DNA of 63,670 bases, the filler included, from Saprolegnia diclina VS20 (lineage: Eukaryota): the NCBI RefSeq assembly GCF_000281045.1. It is 3 parts of 3 records of this genome, joined end to end, with 100 filler letters (N's around TTAATTAATTAA, not from the genome) between each part and the next. Parts side by side here need not be neighbours in the genome. Positions count along the whole stretch, not along the records: positions 28,640 to 57,557 come from NW_008246105.1; 2 more parts are not named here. The stretch is one strand, 5' to 3'. The position numbers and the translations under genes are program-made. Of this stretch, positions 33,560-45,701 are shown piece by piece. Under the pieces are notes generated by a model. It made no database searches and was not told the origin of the DNA. It worked only from the letters and a program-made list of their open reading frames with translations. The number at the start of each line of letters is the position of its first letter. The first letter of the stretch is position 1.

Positions 33560-35589
33560 ATGGAAAGGCCTCAGTCGAGCCCATCGTCGTCGTCGGCGTC
33601 GCCGGGCGCGCCGACGCTCGCCCGCGTCTCGTCGTCGGAGCGACCGCCCGTCCCCATCATCTCGCTGCCACCGCCCATCGTGACGCCGTCTGTCGTCTAC
33701 GGCAGCAACGGGTCGGCCGCGATCCCGCAGCACATTGTCCCGAGCCTGCCCGGCCTCGCGCGGCCGCCAGGCTCCAAGAAGAAGCCCAAGCTGCTCGTGC
33801 TGGGCATGGGCTTCACCGGTCTTCGCGTCGCGATGGCTTTTCGCGAAAAGCTCGGCTTCTCGGTCTGCGGTACCGTGCGCAGCGCGCAAACCAAGCTCGA
33901 GCTCATCGACCGTGGGATGAAGCAGATCTACTTCCTCGAAGATGGCACGCTCGAAATCGACACGTTCCGGCTCCTCGAAGACGTCACGCATGTGCTCATG
34001 TGCATTCCGCCGCAGCCGCCGACAAGCGACGACGACAAGGACAAGGTGCTCGCGACGCTCGACAAGGAGCTCAAGAAGCTATCGACGTTGCAATGGGTCG
34101 GGTACCTCTCGTCGACGTCCGTGTACGGCGACAGCCACGGCCACGTGCTCGACGAAACCGCGCCGCTGCGGTCGTCGACCAAGCGCGGCCAGCAGCGCGC
34201 CCGCGTCGAGGCCGAGTGGCTTGCGTCGGGGCTGCCGATCCACATCTTTCGCTGCGCGGGCATCTACGGCCCGGGCCGCGGTACGATCGCGCAGGTCCGC
34301 GCCGGCCGCGCCAAGCGCATTCACATGCCGGGCAAGGTCTTCAACCGCATCCATATCGACGACGTGGTCAACGTGCTCATGCAGTCGATCGCAAACCCGT
34401 CGCCCATGAGCGTCTACAATGTGTGCGACGACGAGCCATCGAGCAGCAACGACGCGGTCACATTTGCATGCGACCTCCTCGGGGTCGACGTGCCGCCACT
34501 GCAGTCGTGGGACGATGCCAAGGGCAGCATGAGCGACATGGCCAAGTCGTTTTATGTCGAGAACCGGCTGCTCTCGAACGCCAAGATCAAGACGGAGCTC
34601 GGCGTCCAGCTGCTGTACCCGACGTACCGCGACGGCTTTGTCGCACAAGCCGACGAAGAGCAGCGCACGCCGTCGATGCGCGCGTCCAAGTCGCACATTT
34701 GCTTTGTCGTCAACAAGGGCTCGACGCAGCCCGAGTCTGTCTTGGCGCTCCGGGACATGTGTCGCAACCTCTCGGTGCGCTTCAACGGCTGCGTGCGCTT
34801 TGTCCCATCGAGCTGCATTTTATCCGACACGATTCCGCTCGCCGACCTCGACGACGTGCCGGCGGTGCTGCTCCAAGATGCGGTCGCGGGCGTCGTCGCC
34901 GACCACAGTACAACGGCCGCCAAGTTTGTTGTGCTGCCCGTCTTTATCGGCAACAGCGACGCGCTCACCGACTTTATCCCGTCGGTTCTGAGCGCGTTCA
35001 CGTGCCAGCATCGGTTCACGATTGCGCGCTGCCTCGTCGACATCTCCAAGCCGTCCGAGAACGGCATCGCCAAGATCTTGGCGTCCAAGGTGCGCGGAGC
35101 GATCGCCGACCACCATGGCGAGTTTGAAAAGAAGGACATTCGCGTCATCGTCGTCGACCGCGGCACGACCAACCACGAGGTGCACTTGTCACGCAATCTC
35201 ATTGGGTCCCAGCTCACAAAGCTCTTGGGCGGCGCGGTGCGTTCTCGTATCAATGTATCAAGGTGTTTATCATTTTACGGGACTAGGTGGAGAAGGTGCA
35301 CACGGCCAGCATGGAACGCGTGGACGACCCGGCGTACGACTTTAACGAGCCGCTCCTCGCGCATGCGTTCGAGACATATAAGATCTCGTCGGGCCTAGTC
35401 GTGCTTGCGTTGCTCTTCCTGACGTCGGGCCGCCATGCGGTGCCGGGCGGCGACATTGAACACGTTTTGGCGACAACAAAAGCGGCGCACCCCAACCTCG
35501 AGGTCGCGGTCACGGCGCCCATCGGGTCGCACCCGATTCTGACCAACATGCTCATGGACCGGTATTTCGAGTCGGTGAAGGAGTGGTAG
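33560..35589 (+). CDS. Fusion protein: atypical SDR/NAD-dependent epimerase (YeeZ-like) plus tandem CbiX/SirB-like chelatase domains (2 exons, intron 35237-35286, ~659 aa)
   Basis: SDR part: LVLGMGFTG, YLSSTSVYGD, FRCAGIYGPGR, FNRIHIDD, YNVCDDEP, NAKIKTELG..LLYPTYRDG. CbiX-like part: VVNKGS, VVLPVFIG, VIVVDRGT, ASMER...YDFNEPLL, LFLTSGRHA..GDI, PIGSHP.L. Confidence 0.8.
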
Positions 35590-36108
35590 CGCGTTCGGGC
35601 GTCTTTGATGGAAGAAGACGAAGAAGCCGCCACTGCTAGAAACAAAAAGGGGTGACCCGTGTGCCATAGTGATCGCGGCCCGAGCTCGCCGTCATTGGGA
35701 AGCGCGATGCCTCGGGCCCACAGAGAGATGAAGAAGCGCGGGCAGGACGTAGGAATAATTAGCCACTTGCGCCCGCCAAAAGCACCTAAAAAATAGAACT
35801 GATAGTACACTGCGCCCGTCTTGTCTGCTCACAACGTCGCGTCCACGACCTTGGCCTCCGAGCTGCAGCCTGGGCGAGCGACGAGCCTCGCTGTGGAAGC
35901 TTGCAATGGTGCCACGCATGCCGCGTCTGGTACGCGCGCACTGGGCAGTTGTTTCGTATTGTTTTTATATTATGATTCGGTATATTGTATCTGCAAAAAT
36001 GTTTTTATTATGTCGAGCGACCAAGTGCGCGCGTGCCAGATTCACAATCATTCCCTCGGTTTAAGCACTTCTGGTCGTTTTGGATCTGGTCACTTTGCAC
36101 TTCGAACG

Positions 36109-37835
36109 ATGTGGCGATCGGCGCTCTTCCTCGGGCGACAGCATGGCCTCATGGCCCTTGGCTCGTCCACCTTATTTGCCTCCATGGCGTATGCAGAGGC
36201 GACGCCGGATGAGTATGCGCCGACGGCGCAGGAGAAGATCGTTGGGCGCTACGAAAACCGGCTGCGCCGCTTCAGCACGCCCGAGCGCGTCTTCGAGTAC
36301 TTTGCGAGCGTGAAGCTCGAGAAGCAGTCGTACATGACGCCGGCCGACTTTTCGCGCGCGCTGACGCCCTACTCGTTCCGGCGCGGCGTCGAGCTCCGGT
36401 CCAAGAACACGACGTTCAATCCGGCGGCCGCGCTCGCGACGCCCAAGAAGCCCGAGGTCGTGGCCTACAAGCAGCTCCTTACGCAGCTCATGGCGCTTGG
36501 CGACAAGATGGACGCGGCCAAACTCGCGAAACGCCCCGTGGCGGATGGCGACGTGAAGGAGATGGAGCTCCTGCTCACGATGCTCGGCACGACGTACGCC
36601 AAGATGGATCTGCAGACGCACCTGCTCGTGCTCCGCGACTTGAACGTCACGAAGCGCGAGTTTGACACGTTTCTGACGACGCACGGCGGCCCCGTGAGCC
36701 GCAACCACGCCTTCTTCGACCTCGTCGACGCCGACGGCGACGGGCTCATCTCGTACCCCGAGTACATGTTCTTCACGACGCTCCTCAGCAGTACGCGTTC
36801 CATGGCTTGCGGTGGCTCATGGTCTGCTAGTCCCCGAACGGCAATTTGAGCTGGCGTTCAAGATGTTTGACGACGATGGCAACGGCGAGATTGACCACCG
36901 CGAGTTCAAGCAGGTTCTTCTCCATCTCTATCTCCACATATGAGTCATCTTTGTGTAGATCATGGAGCTCATGCGCCGCCGGACGCCCGCGGGGCGCCAG
37001 GACCGCACGCTCGATGAGAACTCGACGCCTGTCTTTAAGAACCTCTTTGGCGAGTTTGCCATGTCCGTCACGCGTCGTACAAACTAGATCTGATGGTACG
37101 ATGTAGGGAGACGCTGACGTATGCCAAGTTCAAGGCCTTTCGCCAGAGCCTCAAGGACGAGGTCATGCATTTGCATTTCGAGCACTACGACGTGGACGGG
37201 AGCAACGAACTCTCGCCGCGCGAGTTTGGAATGTTCCTCATCTCGCACGTCGACCAGGTAAATTTCATTTTTCGAGATGACAATGTTGAATATTGTCGTA
37301 TGTCAGATGCAGCTCGACCAGTGGGTCGCCAAGGTCGATGCGCTGCATCAAATGGAGGTCCGTGGGCTTGCCCAACGACATCTCAGATCGTATATTTTAG
37401 GGCAGCATCTCGGAGCAAGAGTTCATGACCTTTTACCTCTTCCTCGACAACCTCGACGCGATGAAGGTGCGCAGCGATACAAAAGTACATGTGGCAACGT
37501 ATGGTAGGTGGCGATGGAGCTCATCCACGAGACCAACGGACTCAACAAGGAGCAGTTTCTGCGGGCGACGCGGGCCGCGTGCGGCCGGGGCACCCCGCTC
37601 GTGTCGACGCACCAAGTCGACATCCTCTTTGCCCTCTTTGACGCCGACGGAGACGGCGCCGTCTCGCCGGCCGAATTCCTCGATGTGATGGAGACGCGCC
37701 GGAGCGCCGGCCTCCGCGAGGTACCCTTGTGTTCCTATGCCTTGGCTAAGGTTTTATGTGTAGCGGCGTGACATTGGTGCTGTCGACTTTGTGCAGCGCT
37801 TGCTCGCGTGCGCGCAAGAGTCCATGGCGGCCTAA
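36109..37835 (+). CDS. MICU1: Mitochondrial calcium uptake protein (MICU family, EF-hands); multi-exon
   Basis: Transit-like N-terminus; YENRLRRFSTPERVFEYFAS; MTPADF; EF-hands DADGDGLISYPEY, DDDGNGEIDHREF, DVDGSNELSPREF and DADGDGAVSPAEF. The last exon 37764-37835 ends LLACAQESMAA*. Confidence 0.9.
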
Positions 37836-38054
37836 GCCAAGCAGTGGCCGACGTAGCGTTGGGTTGTTGGCTATAAGACAACTTGTGTCGGAAAGACCAT
37901 TGCAGCATTCCTATCACTGACTTATTCAGTGATTAAAATCAAGGGAATAAGAACCATTTTCTTATTTCCCTTGTTAAAATGCACAAGGTGTGCTAGAGAA
38001 GGACGCCACGCGATCTTGAAAGGTCGCCATTTGTATTGTGGGCAAACACGAAGT

Positions 38055-41000
38055 ATGACGGCGACCACCGAGACGACCGCCGGCCGCAATCTCGAGGCCG
38101 TCGTCGTCGTCGTGCTACTGCTCACGGCGCTGTACTGGTCCCGCCGCTACGTCCTTGGGCGCGGTGCGGCGTGGGTCTTGGGCCTACTCACGGGCCAGCG
38201 CGTTCGGATCCAGCAGATTTCGCTGCAGCCGCTCACGCTCTGCGGTATCGAGGTGGCGACGACCGAGGGCGTCCACCTCCAGCTCTCTCGCCTCCAAGTG
38301 GATGTGCATCTGCGGGCCTTCTTGGCTTCGTTCGGGCAAGGCAAGCTCCTGCGCCTCTTCTTGGACGACCTCATCCTTTCAGTGACACCGCCTTCGCCCT
38401 CTTCGTCGCCGCCGGCCCGCACCAAGCGCCGTACGTGCAAGCATCCGTTGACCACGGTGTACCTCGATATATGATGTAGGAAGTGCAAAGTCGACGTCGG
38501 CGCTAATCGGGCTCTTGAAGTTTACCCACATCCACGTCAAATCGCTTGCGCTGCGTGGGATGGTGGAGGATGGAAATGACTGCCTCGGCGGCCTCGGCCT
38601 CATACGGGACCTCGACGTGCGCGTCGGCGACGCCACGAGCGCCACCACGTCCGTCGCTCTCGTCATCTCCCATGCAGAGCTCAGCGTCGTTGCCAAGCTG
38701 CTACAAACGCCGTCACTGGACGCGATCTCGGAGCGTCCATCACTGGTCGTTCAAGCCAGCCAGCTCCAATACACGATTGAGCTCGACTATGTACAGCTAC
38801 TGCCACAGCGCATCGCGATGCAAGGCCCGCCCGCCACCGACGCGCGTACGACGGTCGTGCTGCACGCGGCCTTGCTCGCGTACTTGAGCGCCAGGACGCC
38901 GCCGCCCACGACGGCCCCACGCAGCGCACGACCTCCGATTTCGTTGGAGCTCGACAAGATCGCACTGCAGATGTCGTTCGTGCACGGCCCCGACGACGCC
39001 CCCACCGAGCTCAGCGTGCGCACGCACGTCGACGCCCTTCGCGTCACCAAGCAGATCGAGCCGTCCGGCGCCGAGCTGTCACTGGAAGCGACGGTTCGCA
39101 GTGGCTCTGTACGCCTTGGCGACGTCACCTGTCTGCACTGGACGGTCATGACGGTATGACCTTGCTGTTTGCTTGTCATATCGATCGGAATGCTCTTTGT
39201 TAGGCCCGAGTGCTGCACCGGTTGACTGACGAGAAGGAAACCATCGAGATGACAAGTGACGTGGGCGAGCTGTCGTTGCAGTGGTCGACGCGTCTGCGGA
39301 TGCTCGCTGACGCGACCGAGAAGGCCTGTTGCCAGACCAAGTCGTCGTCCTCGCCTCGTCCCAAGATCCCCCTTGTCCTTGTCTTCACGCTGCGCTGCGG
39401 GCACTCGACCTTCGAGGCCGTCGATGCGGACAAAGCGCTCAAGGTGCAGCTCACGACAGTGCACGCGACTGTTGCGAAAACCGACGACCAGTCGCGCGTG
39501 CAGCTTGACGTCGACAACGGAGCGTGGCAACTGGTAGCTCAAAACGAGCTTGTGCACCTTGCGACCACGGCGCTCCATGCGGTGATCACGGACGTGGTCG
39601 CACCCAAGAAGAGCGTCGTCGTGGCCTTGACGCTGGCGGCGCTCGAGGCAACGCTGCTGGGACGACCTGTATTTCAGCTCACGCGGTTGCGCGTGGCGTC
39701 CACCGAAACTGGCGACGATGTTCTGCAGATCCAAGTTGGTCTCGAGTCGACGGCTGTGCACTGGGTCTATCCACTGCATGCAGCGCGCTTGGTGGCGGCC
39801 ACCGACGCGGTCTCGCTTCTGCTCTGGGTCCAGACCATTGTGACGCCACCCAAATCCCCCACATCACACGCGCCGCCGAAGAAGCCGGTGGACCTCGTTC
39901 TTGAAAGCCACGAGGTGGGCGTGCACATGACCGAGGTGCCGCATATTGGGGCGTGCGCGATCCAAAGCACCGAGCTCCACGTCCACGTGATGGGCGGCAG
40001 TAGCACGCGAGTGCAAGTGCAGCAAGTTGTGCTGCGCCACGACACGACCTGTCTGATCGAGTGCGTCGACCTTCAGCTTGTCGACACCAAGCCGACGGCA
40101 GCCAGCGCTGCGAGCCACCTCCAAGTGGACCTCACGTCCGCGTCCGTGGTCCTTGGTGGCGAATGTCGCCTCCTGGCACTTCTTCTTCAACTCCAAGAAC
40201 TCATGGCACCACCGCGGCGCGATACAGGTGCGCATTTGGGCACAAACCTTGTCTTCTGACGTCGGTGCGTAGGCCTGCCCCCGCCGCTCCAGCTCAACGT
40301 CAACGTCCGCACCGCCCTCGCCACAATTGTTGATGCGCATGAGACGCCTGTGTGCCGACTCGAGGCCAGTCAATGCCACGTCAAAGCCATGTTGACACCG
40401 TCGTCCAGCACCAGTGTCTCGGACAACCATGCAGCGCTGGTCCGCGACCTCGACACTGTGCTTTCATTTGACCTCTACCGGCCGCTCCTCACGCGCCTTG
40501 TTCTGATCGACCTCGAGATGGACACCGGCAGCATCGACGTTGCGTTGAACACTAGCGACAACAACTGCGTCGCACACCTCCAGCTGCGGTCGCTGACGCT
40601 CGGCGGGCGGCTCCTGGACATGGCAGGTGCCTTTGCCAGTGTCGACGCGCGCGCTCCCGGTAAGCGCCTCGGGGTGTCGTTGCACATTGCGGGGCACGGG
40701 ATTGCGCTCCATGCAAACCGCCCGGCAGCGGCTGCCATCGTCGCCTCGTACGTCAGCAATACACTGGCATACGCGTTGGACTCGGCCGTCTTGGAAGCGA
40801 AAGACGTCCATCGTGGCAACCCGCGGCTCAAGTATTTCGGCGAAGTTGACGTGTCGGCCACCGACGTCGCGCTGCACTACACGCTACGCGACGACATCAC
40901 TTTGGCGCTCCGCGTGGCGCAGCTCCAAGCAGTCTGCGACAAGACGTACCGACTTGACGGGCACCTCACGCAGCTGAGTATCGGTCTCGTGACCGATGTC

Positions 41001-43321
41001 TTGCTACTGGCGCGCGTTAGCGTCGTCGCGCACTGCGTCCTCAACGACCACGATCCGCTCTGCGATATCTGGGCCATCTCGGTGGCGGCGAGTATGCGCG
41101 CGCTGCACGATACCGACTGCAATGGCCTCTTGCTCGAGTGGTCTTCGGTGCTTGCCGCGCTGCGCACGCTTGCAGCGAATCGCGAGTCCACGCCTCTCGC
41201 TCCCCCGCCAGCGGCGCCGCGTTTCCATCGCGTCGCTAGTCTGGCTCTTCAGGTCACGATAGCCCCGCTGCAGATCGCGTGGTGGGAAGACGCCGTCGCG
41301 AATGACGCGTTTTTCAGCCAAGCCGAGACGCTCGACGTGACGCTCGGCCTTGTCCAAGCCGCAAATGGCATCTGGACGCTGCCGACGTGTCGGGTCGCCG
41401 CCTCTAGTACGCGCGCCTATGCGCTCGTGACGCGGGATGCGAATGCTGGGCCGATTCCGTTTCTTCGGGGACCAACGACGTCGTTTTTTCTTGAAGCCAC
41501 TGTGCTCGAGTACGCCAAGAGCGCGCTGCCGTACATTCCGATCCACCTCGACGAGTGCAAGCTTCTCTGGACCGTCGCGCTGCGCGACCATGTCTGCCGC
41601 GTCATCGACCTCGTTCACAGCGACATGCTCGGGCTTGAGACTGAGAAAAGCCCGTCAGCCCCGATGACACCTGCTGTCGTACTGCCTGAGCCCGTGACGC
41701 CGCTCTCGTTGTTGGAGCTCCTCGAGCAAGGCAAGCTCGGATCGCGTGTCTCGGATGCTGCGCCGGCCGCGACCAATGCCCACGAGACGCGCGACCTGGT
41801 CAAATTGTATCAACTTGATATTGAGCGCGTGCAAATCAACTTGCTCGAGCCAGACACGAAGAGCAGCCTCGTGCTCGCGTCCCGGCTCATCCACCTCGAG
41901 TGGGGGTACGACGCGGCGGGCGTCCGCTCAATGGCCGATGTCCAGCTCAAGGACATGCGGTGCCTCGTCGCACCGTTGGACGTGGACATTGGCGCCGGCA
42001 TTCTCTGGTACAAGGAGGCCGCGTCGTCCTTGCTGCGGCCGATCTTGACCGAGTGCTGCCTCCATGTGCAGTACGCGATGACGCTGCACAACCAAGCGAC
42101 GCGCATTCGCGTGCACTTGCCGTCGATCGAGCTCACGGTCGACTCGCATCAGTTTTTCCAGTGCTTTAGCGTCGTCAAGCACGTGCTCTTGGCGCCGCCG
42201 CTGACCAACAAGACCGCGGCCGACGCGTCACCGCGACCCGCGCACAAAGGCGGCAAGCGCCTCCAGCAAGCGATCGCCGACGAGCTCCGACGTCGGGACC
42301 TCCGCTCGCCCAGTACAGTATCCACCAATTTGTAGCTAAAAACTCAATTGGCACTAGGTCCGAGCACGGCGCTCAAAAGCGTCACGTTTGAGATTGGGCT
42401 TGCGCAGTGCCGGCTTCGGACGAGCCCGGAGAACGGCAACATTGAGTTTGTCGGGCTCGAGCTCCGCCAAGCGCGCGGCAGCCACGTGTTTCACGACTCG
42501 CTCTCGACAAAGTTCAACCTGAGTCTTCAATGGCTCGAGATCCAAAACCTCCGGCCCGGCGCGTCGTCCATGGCCTTTGACGACCCGATGGCCGTCCTCA
42601 CACCGCGCCTCGCGACAGCCCAAGGTCAGCCTCGCCGGTCGTATCTTCATCGTATATCTTTTCCGTAGACGGACAGCCGCTCTTGTCGCTGCGGGCCGAG
42701 AGTTTCCCGCTCGTCGCCAACGAGCTACCCCCGCTCCGCGTCTTTGAGGTGCTCGAAGTGAGCTTCTTTCCCGGTGTCGACTACGACTTTGCGATTCAAC
42801 TCGCAGTCGACTTTTACGAGCTCATGTTCACCTTCTTCTTTGGCGCGAACCGCACCGAGTCGTTTGGAAAGAAGAGTAGTGGTCTTCGCCCCCCGGTGAC
42901 GACGACCGCGTCATCGCTGCATCAGCCCGAGATCGACGACGACGGCGATGGCGACGATCTCGACGTCGAGAACGAAGACGTTGTCTTCTTCAACTATGTG
43001 CGCGTCGGCAACATTTGCCTGCACGTTGCGTGCTCGGGCTTTGTGGTCAACCTCTCGGGGTTAGGGTTGGACCTCCCCCCGTTCGTATGCCGGTCCAAGC
43101 TCTGTACGTGGAAGCGCTTATTGCGCAAGTTTGAAGTGCACTTGGCGTGGTGTGTCTCGAAAGAGAGCGCGTCGTCGGGTCTCCACCACGTCAAGAAGAA
43201 GCTGTTTGCGCGCACCAAGAAGCACGACAAGCAAGCTCTGGACGACGCCCGTAGGAGAATGTTCTTGGGACCGTACCATCCCGAACCAAGCTCGACCACC
43301 ACCGAGCCGTCGACGTCGTAA
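38055..43321 (+). CDS. BLTP2: Bridge-like lipid transfer protein, BLTP2/Hobbit/FMP27/SABRE family; multi-exon
   Basis: N-terminal TM anchor and a long beta-rich body. VQINL, LVAPLDVDIGAGILW (compare SABRE APTDVDPGAG.QW) and an Apt1-type C-terminus VFFNYVRVG...LPPF....L.TWKRLL. Confidence 0.75.
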
Positions 43322-43365
43322 CGTCATAACAAAATCCAAAGTGGAAGCACAACAAGCACAGTTGT

Positions 43366-45446
43366 TTACTTGTGCAGGAACGCCGACTTGTCCAGCTGCG
43401 CAAACATCTATACGGCGTTGGTCAATTAGGTCCAATCGATGCAAGACGGTACCTCGTCGGTGGCAAACGCCAGCTCGAGCACGGGGAGGGACCCCGACAG
43501 CACCTTTTGGCGGCATACCTTGTGCGCCTCGAGACCAAACACAACGGTGCGCGCTTGCGACTTGTACTCCTCGGTCGTATCGCTGAACCGATCGTAGAGC
43601 GCGAGCTAGCGCCATGGTTTGAGGAGATACGATCACCAAAGTCGATACCTCGATCTCTGTACACAGCGAGGGCTTTGGCAGCACGCGCTGCAGGAGCTGG
43701 CGCACAACACTGCGGTGTGGGCACTCGGGTTTGGCAGGCGTCGGTGGCGTCGTCTCGGCCGGCGTCTCGGCAAGCTCGACTGTTGCTGGTGACGCGTCGG
43801 CGTCTACAGGCGTCGGCTCGACAGGCACTGCGTCGACGACCACCTCTGTTGGTGGCGGCGTGGCGTCGACCGTGCCGTCGGCGGGTGAGTTGCCCGCGGC
43901 AGGCGGCTCGACTGCCGGTTCAGCCTCGGGCGACGACGACTTGGGCTTTTCCTTCGTCTGGACACCGGCCTTTGCAAAAGATATAAGAAATGAGCGATGC
44001 GCGAGGTAGAAGCGAGCGTACGCGCTGCATCATGTGCTTGCGAAGGGCGCTGGCGGTCTTGGCCACGTTGGGGTTGACGCTGGCTCGGAGCGCGTTGACG
44101 GCTGCGGGAAGATTGGAGTCACGTAGCACGTCCAGCGTCATGGGCTTCTCGGACGCGATGAGCGTGCTCATGATCGCAATCGCTTTTTCGTTGGCGTCCG
44201 CAGAGTCTTCGCGCGCGCAGCGCTGGAGCTTCTTTGCGCATCGTTTTGCTTCTTCCAACTCGTCGTCGATCGGTTTGTCGTCGCCAGCTTTGGCCTTGTC
44301 CTTGGCTACAGCCTTCTTGGCCGCTGGCTTGTCCTTGGCTGCTGGCTTGTCCTTGGCTGCCGGTTTGTCCTTGGCTGGCTCGGTAGCTTTGGACCTCTTC
44401 TTTTCGGCGGCGACCACCGCCTTATCTGCCTTCTTCATCATTCGCTCGACATCCTTGCTCAGCTTGTCCTCCTTGCGCATGAGGGGCAGCTCGACGGCAG
44501 CAATAGCGTCTTTGGTCGCCCTCGCCCGCTTGATCTTGGGTGCGTCGGACTCGGACATGTCCACCGACGGCGCCGGTGTCTCTTCTTTCGCGCTGGTCGT
44601 TTTCGCTTTTTTGTTGGCAGGCGTCTTCGGGCTGACGTCCGGGTCCGTCGTCGTCCGGGGTCGTTTGGCCTTGGACGCCTTTGCCGTCGGCTTGTTCTAG
44701 CACACGATACGATAAGAAGACGATGCTGCGTGCGACGATGGTACCAGGTTTTCCTTGATCCACTGGATGCGACCTTCAACCGGCAAGATGACCTCGGCCT
44801 ACACGCTTGTCATGAGGCGTTCGCCACAAGGGCAGCCGCGTACGTCGCCCAGTGTCACGGCTTCGACGAGGTTTTTGACGCGCTTGACGGTCTTCTTGGG
44901 CGGGTACCCGCGCGGATCGCGGTAGTCGTTGGTCGTGTCGTCCCAGGGCACAATGTCTGCGTATGAAATGGCCGTGCTACATGGCATGAGGCATCGATAT
45001 GATAATGGTAGCCGCTCGTACCTGTTGTGGGCCTCGTAAAAGTAGACCCAGTAGCTCGTCTCGATGCGGGGCAGGAACCGCTTCATCGAGTCGGCGTCCA
45101 GAATCGCCGGGTCGCAAATATGGCCCGGCCAGTACGGGAAGCCCCGCATGCGCGCCCAGACGACTTCGCCGTACCGTTTTGTGATATCGTCGCTGAGCAG
45201 CTTGCTCTTCTCGGCAAAGAGTGCAAACACGTCCTCTTCGTCGTCGTCGGTCGAGGACTCGGGCTCGGGGTTCTTGCGCGGGCGGCCTCGGCCGCGGGCT
45301 GCCTTCTTCTTTGCCGGCGTCACCTGCTTCTTGGGCGACGCCTCCGTTGCCGGCGGCTCCGAGTCCGAGACCTCGACGACGTCGGCAGCGGCGACGGCCA
45401 CGTCCGCCGCTTCCATGGGATCTTCGGCTGCCTGTTGGGTTGCCAT
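43366..45446 (-). CDS. Chromatin/elongation protein: AT-hook, PWWP, TFIIS N-terminal-like domain and TFIIS central (TFIIS_M)-like domain; multi-exon
   Basis: AT-hook RGRGRPRK; PWWP VVWARMRGFPYWPGHI. TND-like MTLDVLRDSNLPAAVNALR...PNVAKTASALRKHM. TFIIS_M-like R.VVRQLL...EIELALYDRF....EYKSQARTVVFGL....CRQKVLSGSLPVLEL. Confidence 0.75.
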
Positions 45447-45701
45447 GGAAATTTGAGAATCCACGGCTGTGATTGGTGGTAATTGTCGGAATTGTTGACC
45501 TGTCAGACTCCATACCTGGCGACCGTCGCTTAAAATGCAACTGATTTTAATGCCCTTCAGACCAAGATGACATACAAATCAGAGGTAAAAATGAAATTAA
45601 CGTCCTATAAAACATCCGCATTTTAAAAATGTCCACGGCGGGAACCTCTAGCATTTGATACAATATCTGCAGCAACCCAGAAAGGGCAGGCAGGCGCAAG
45701 G

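Noticed and set aside
35600..35920. Minus-strand splice-like signals between SDR-CbiX and MICU
   Set aside because: No splicing combination gave a convincing protein.
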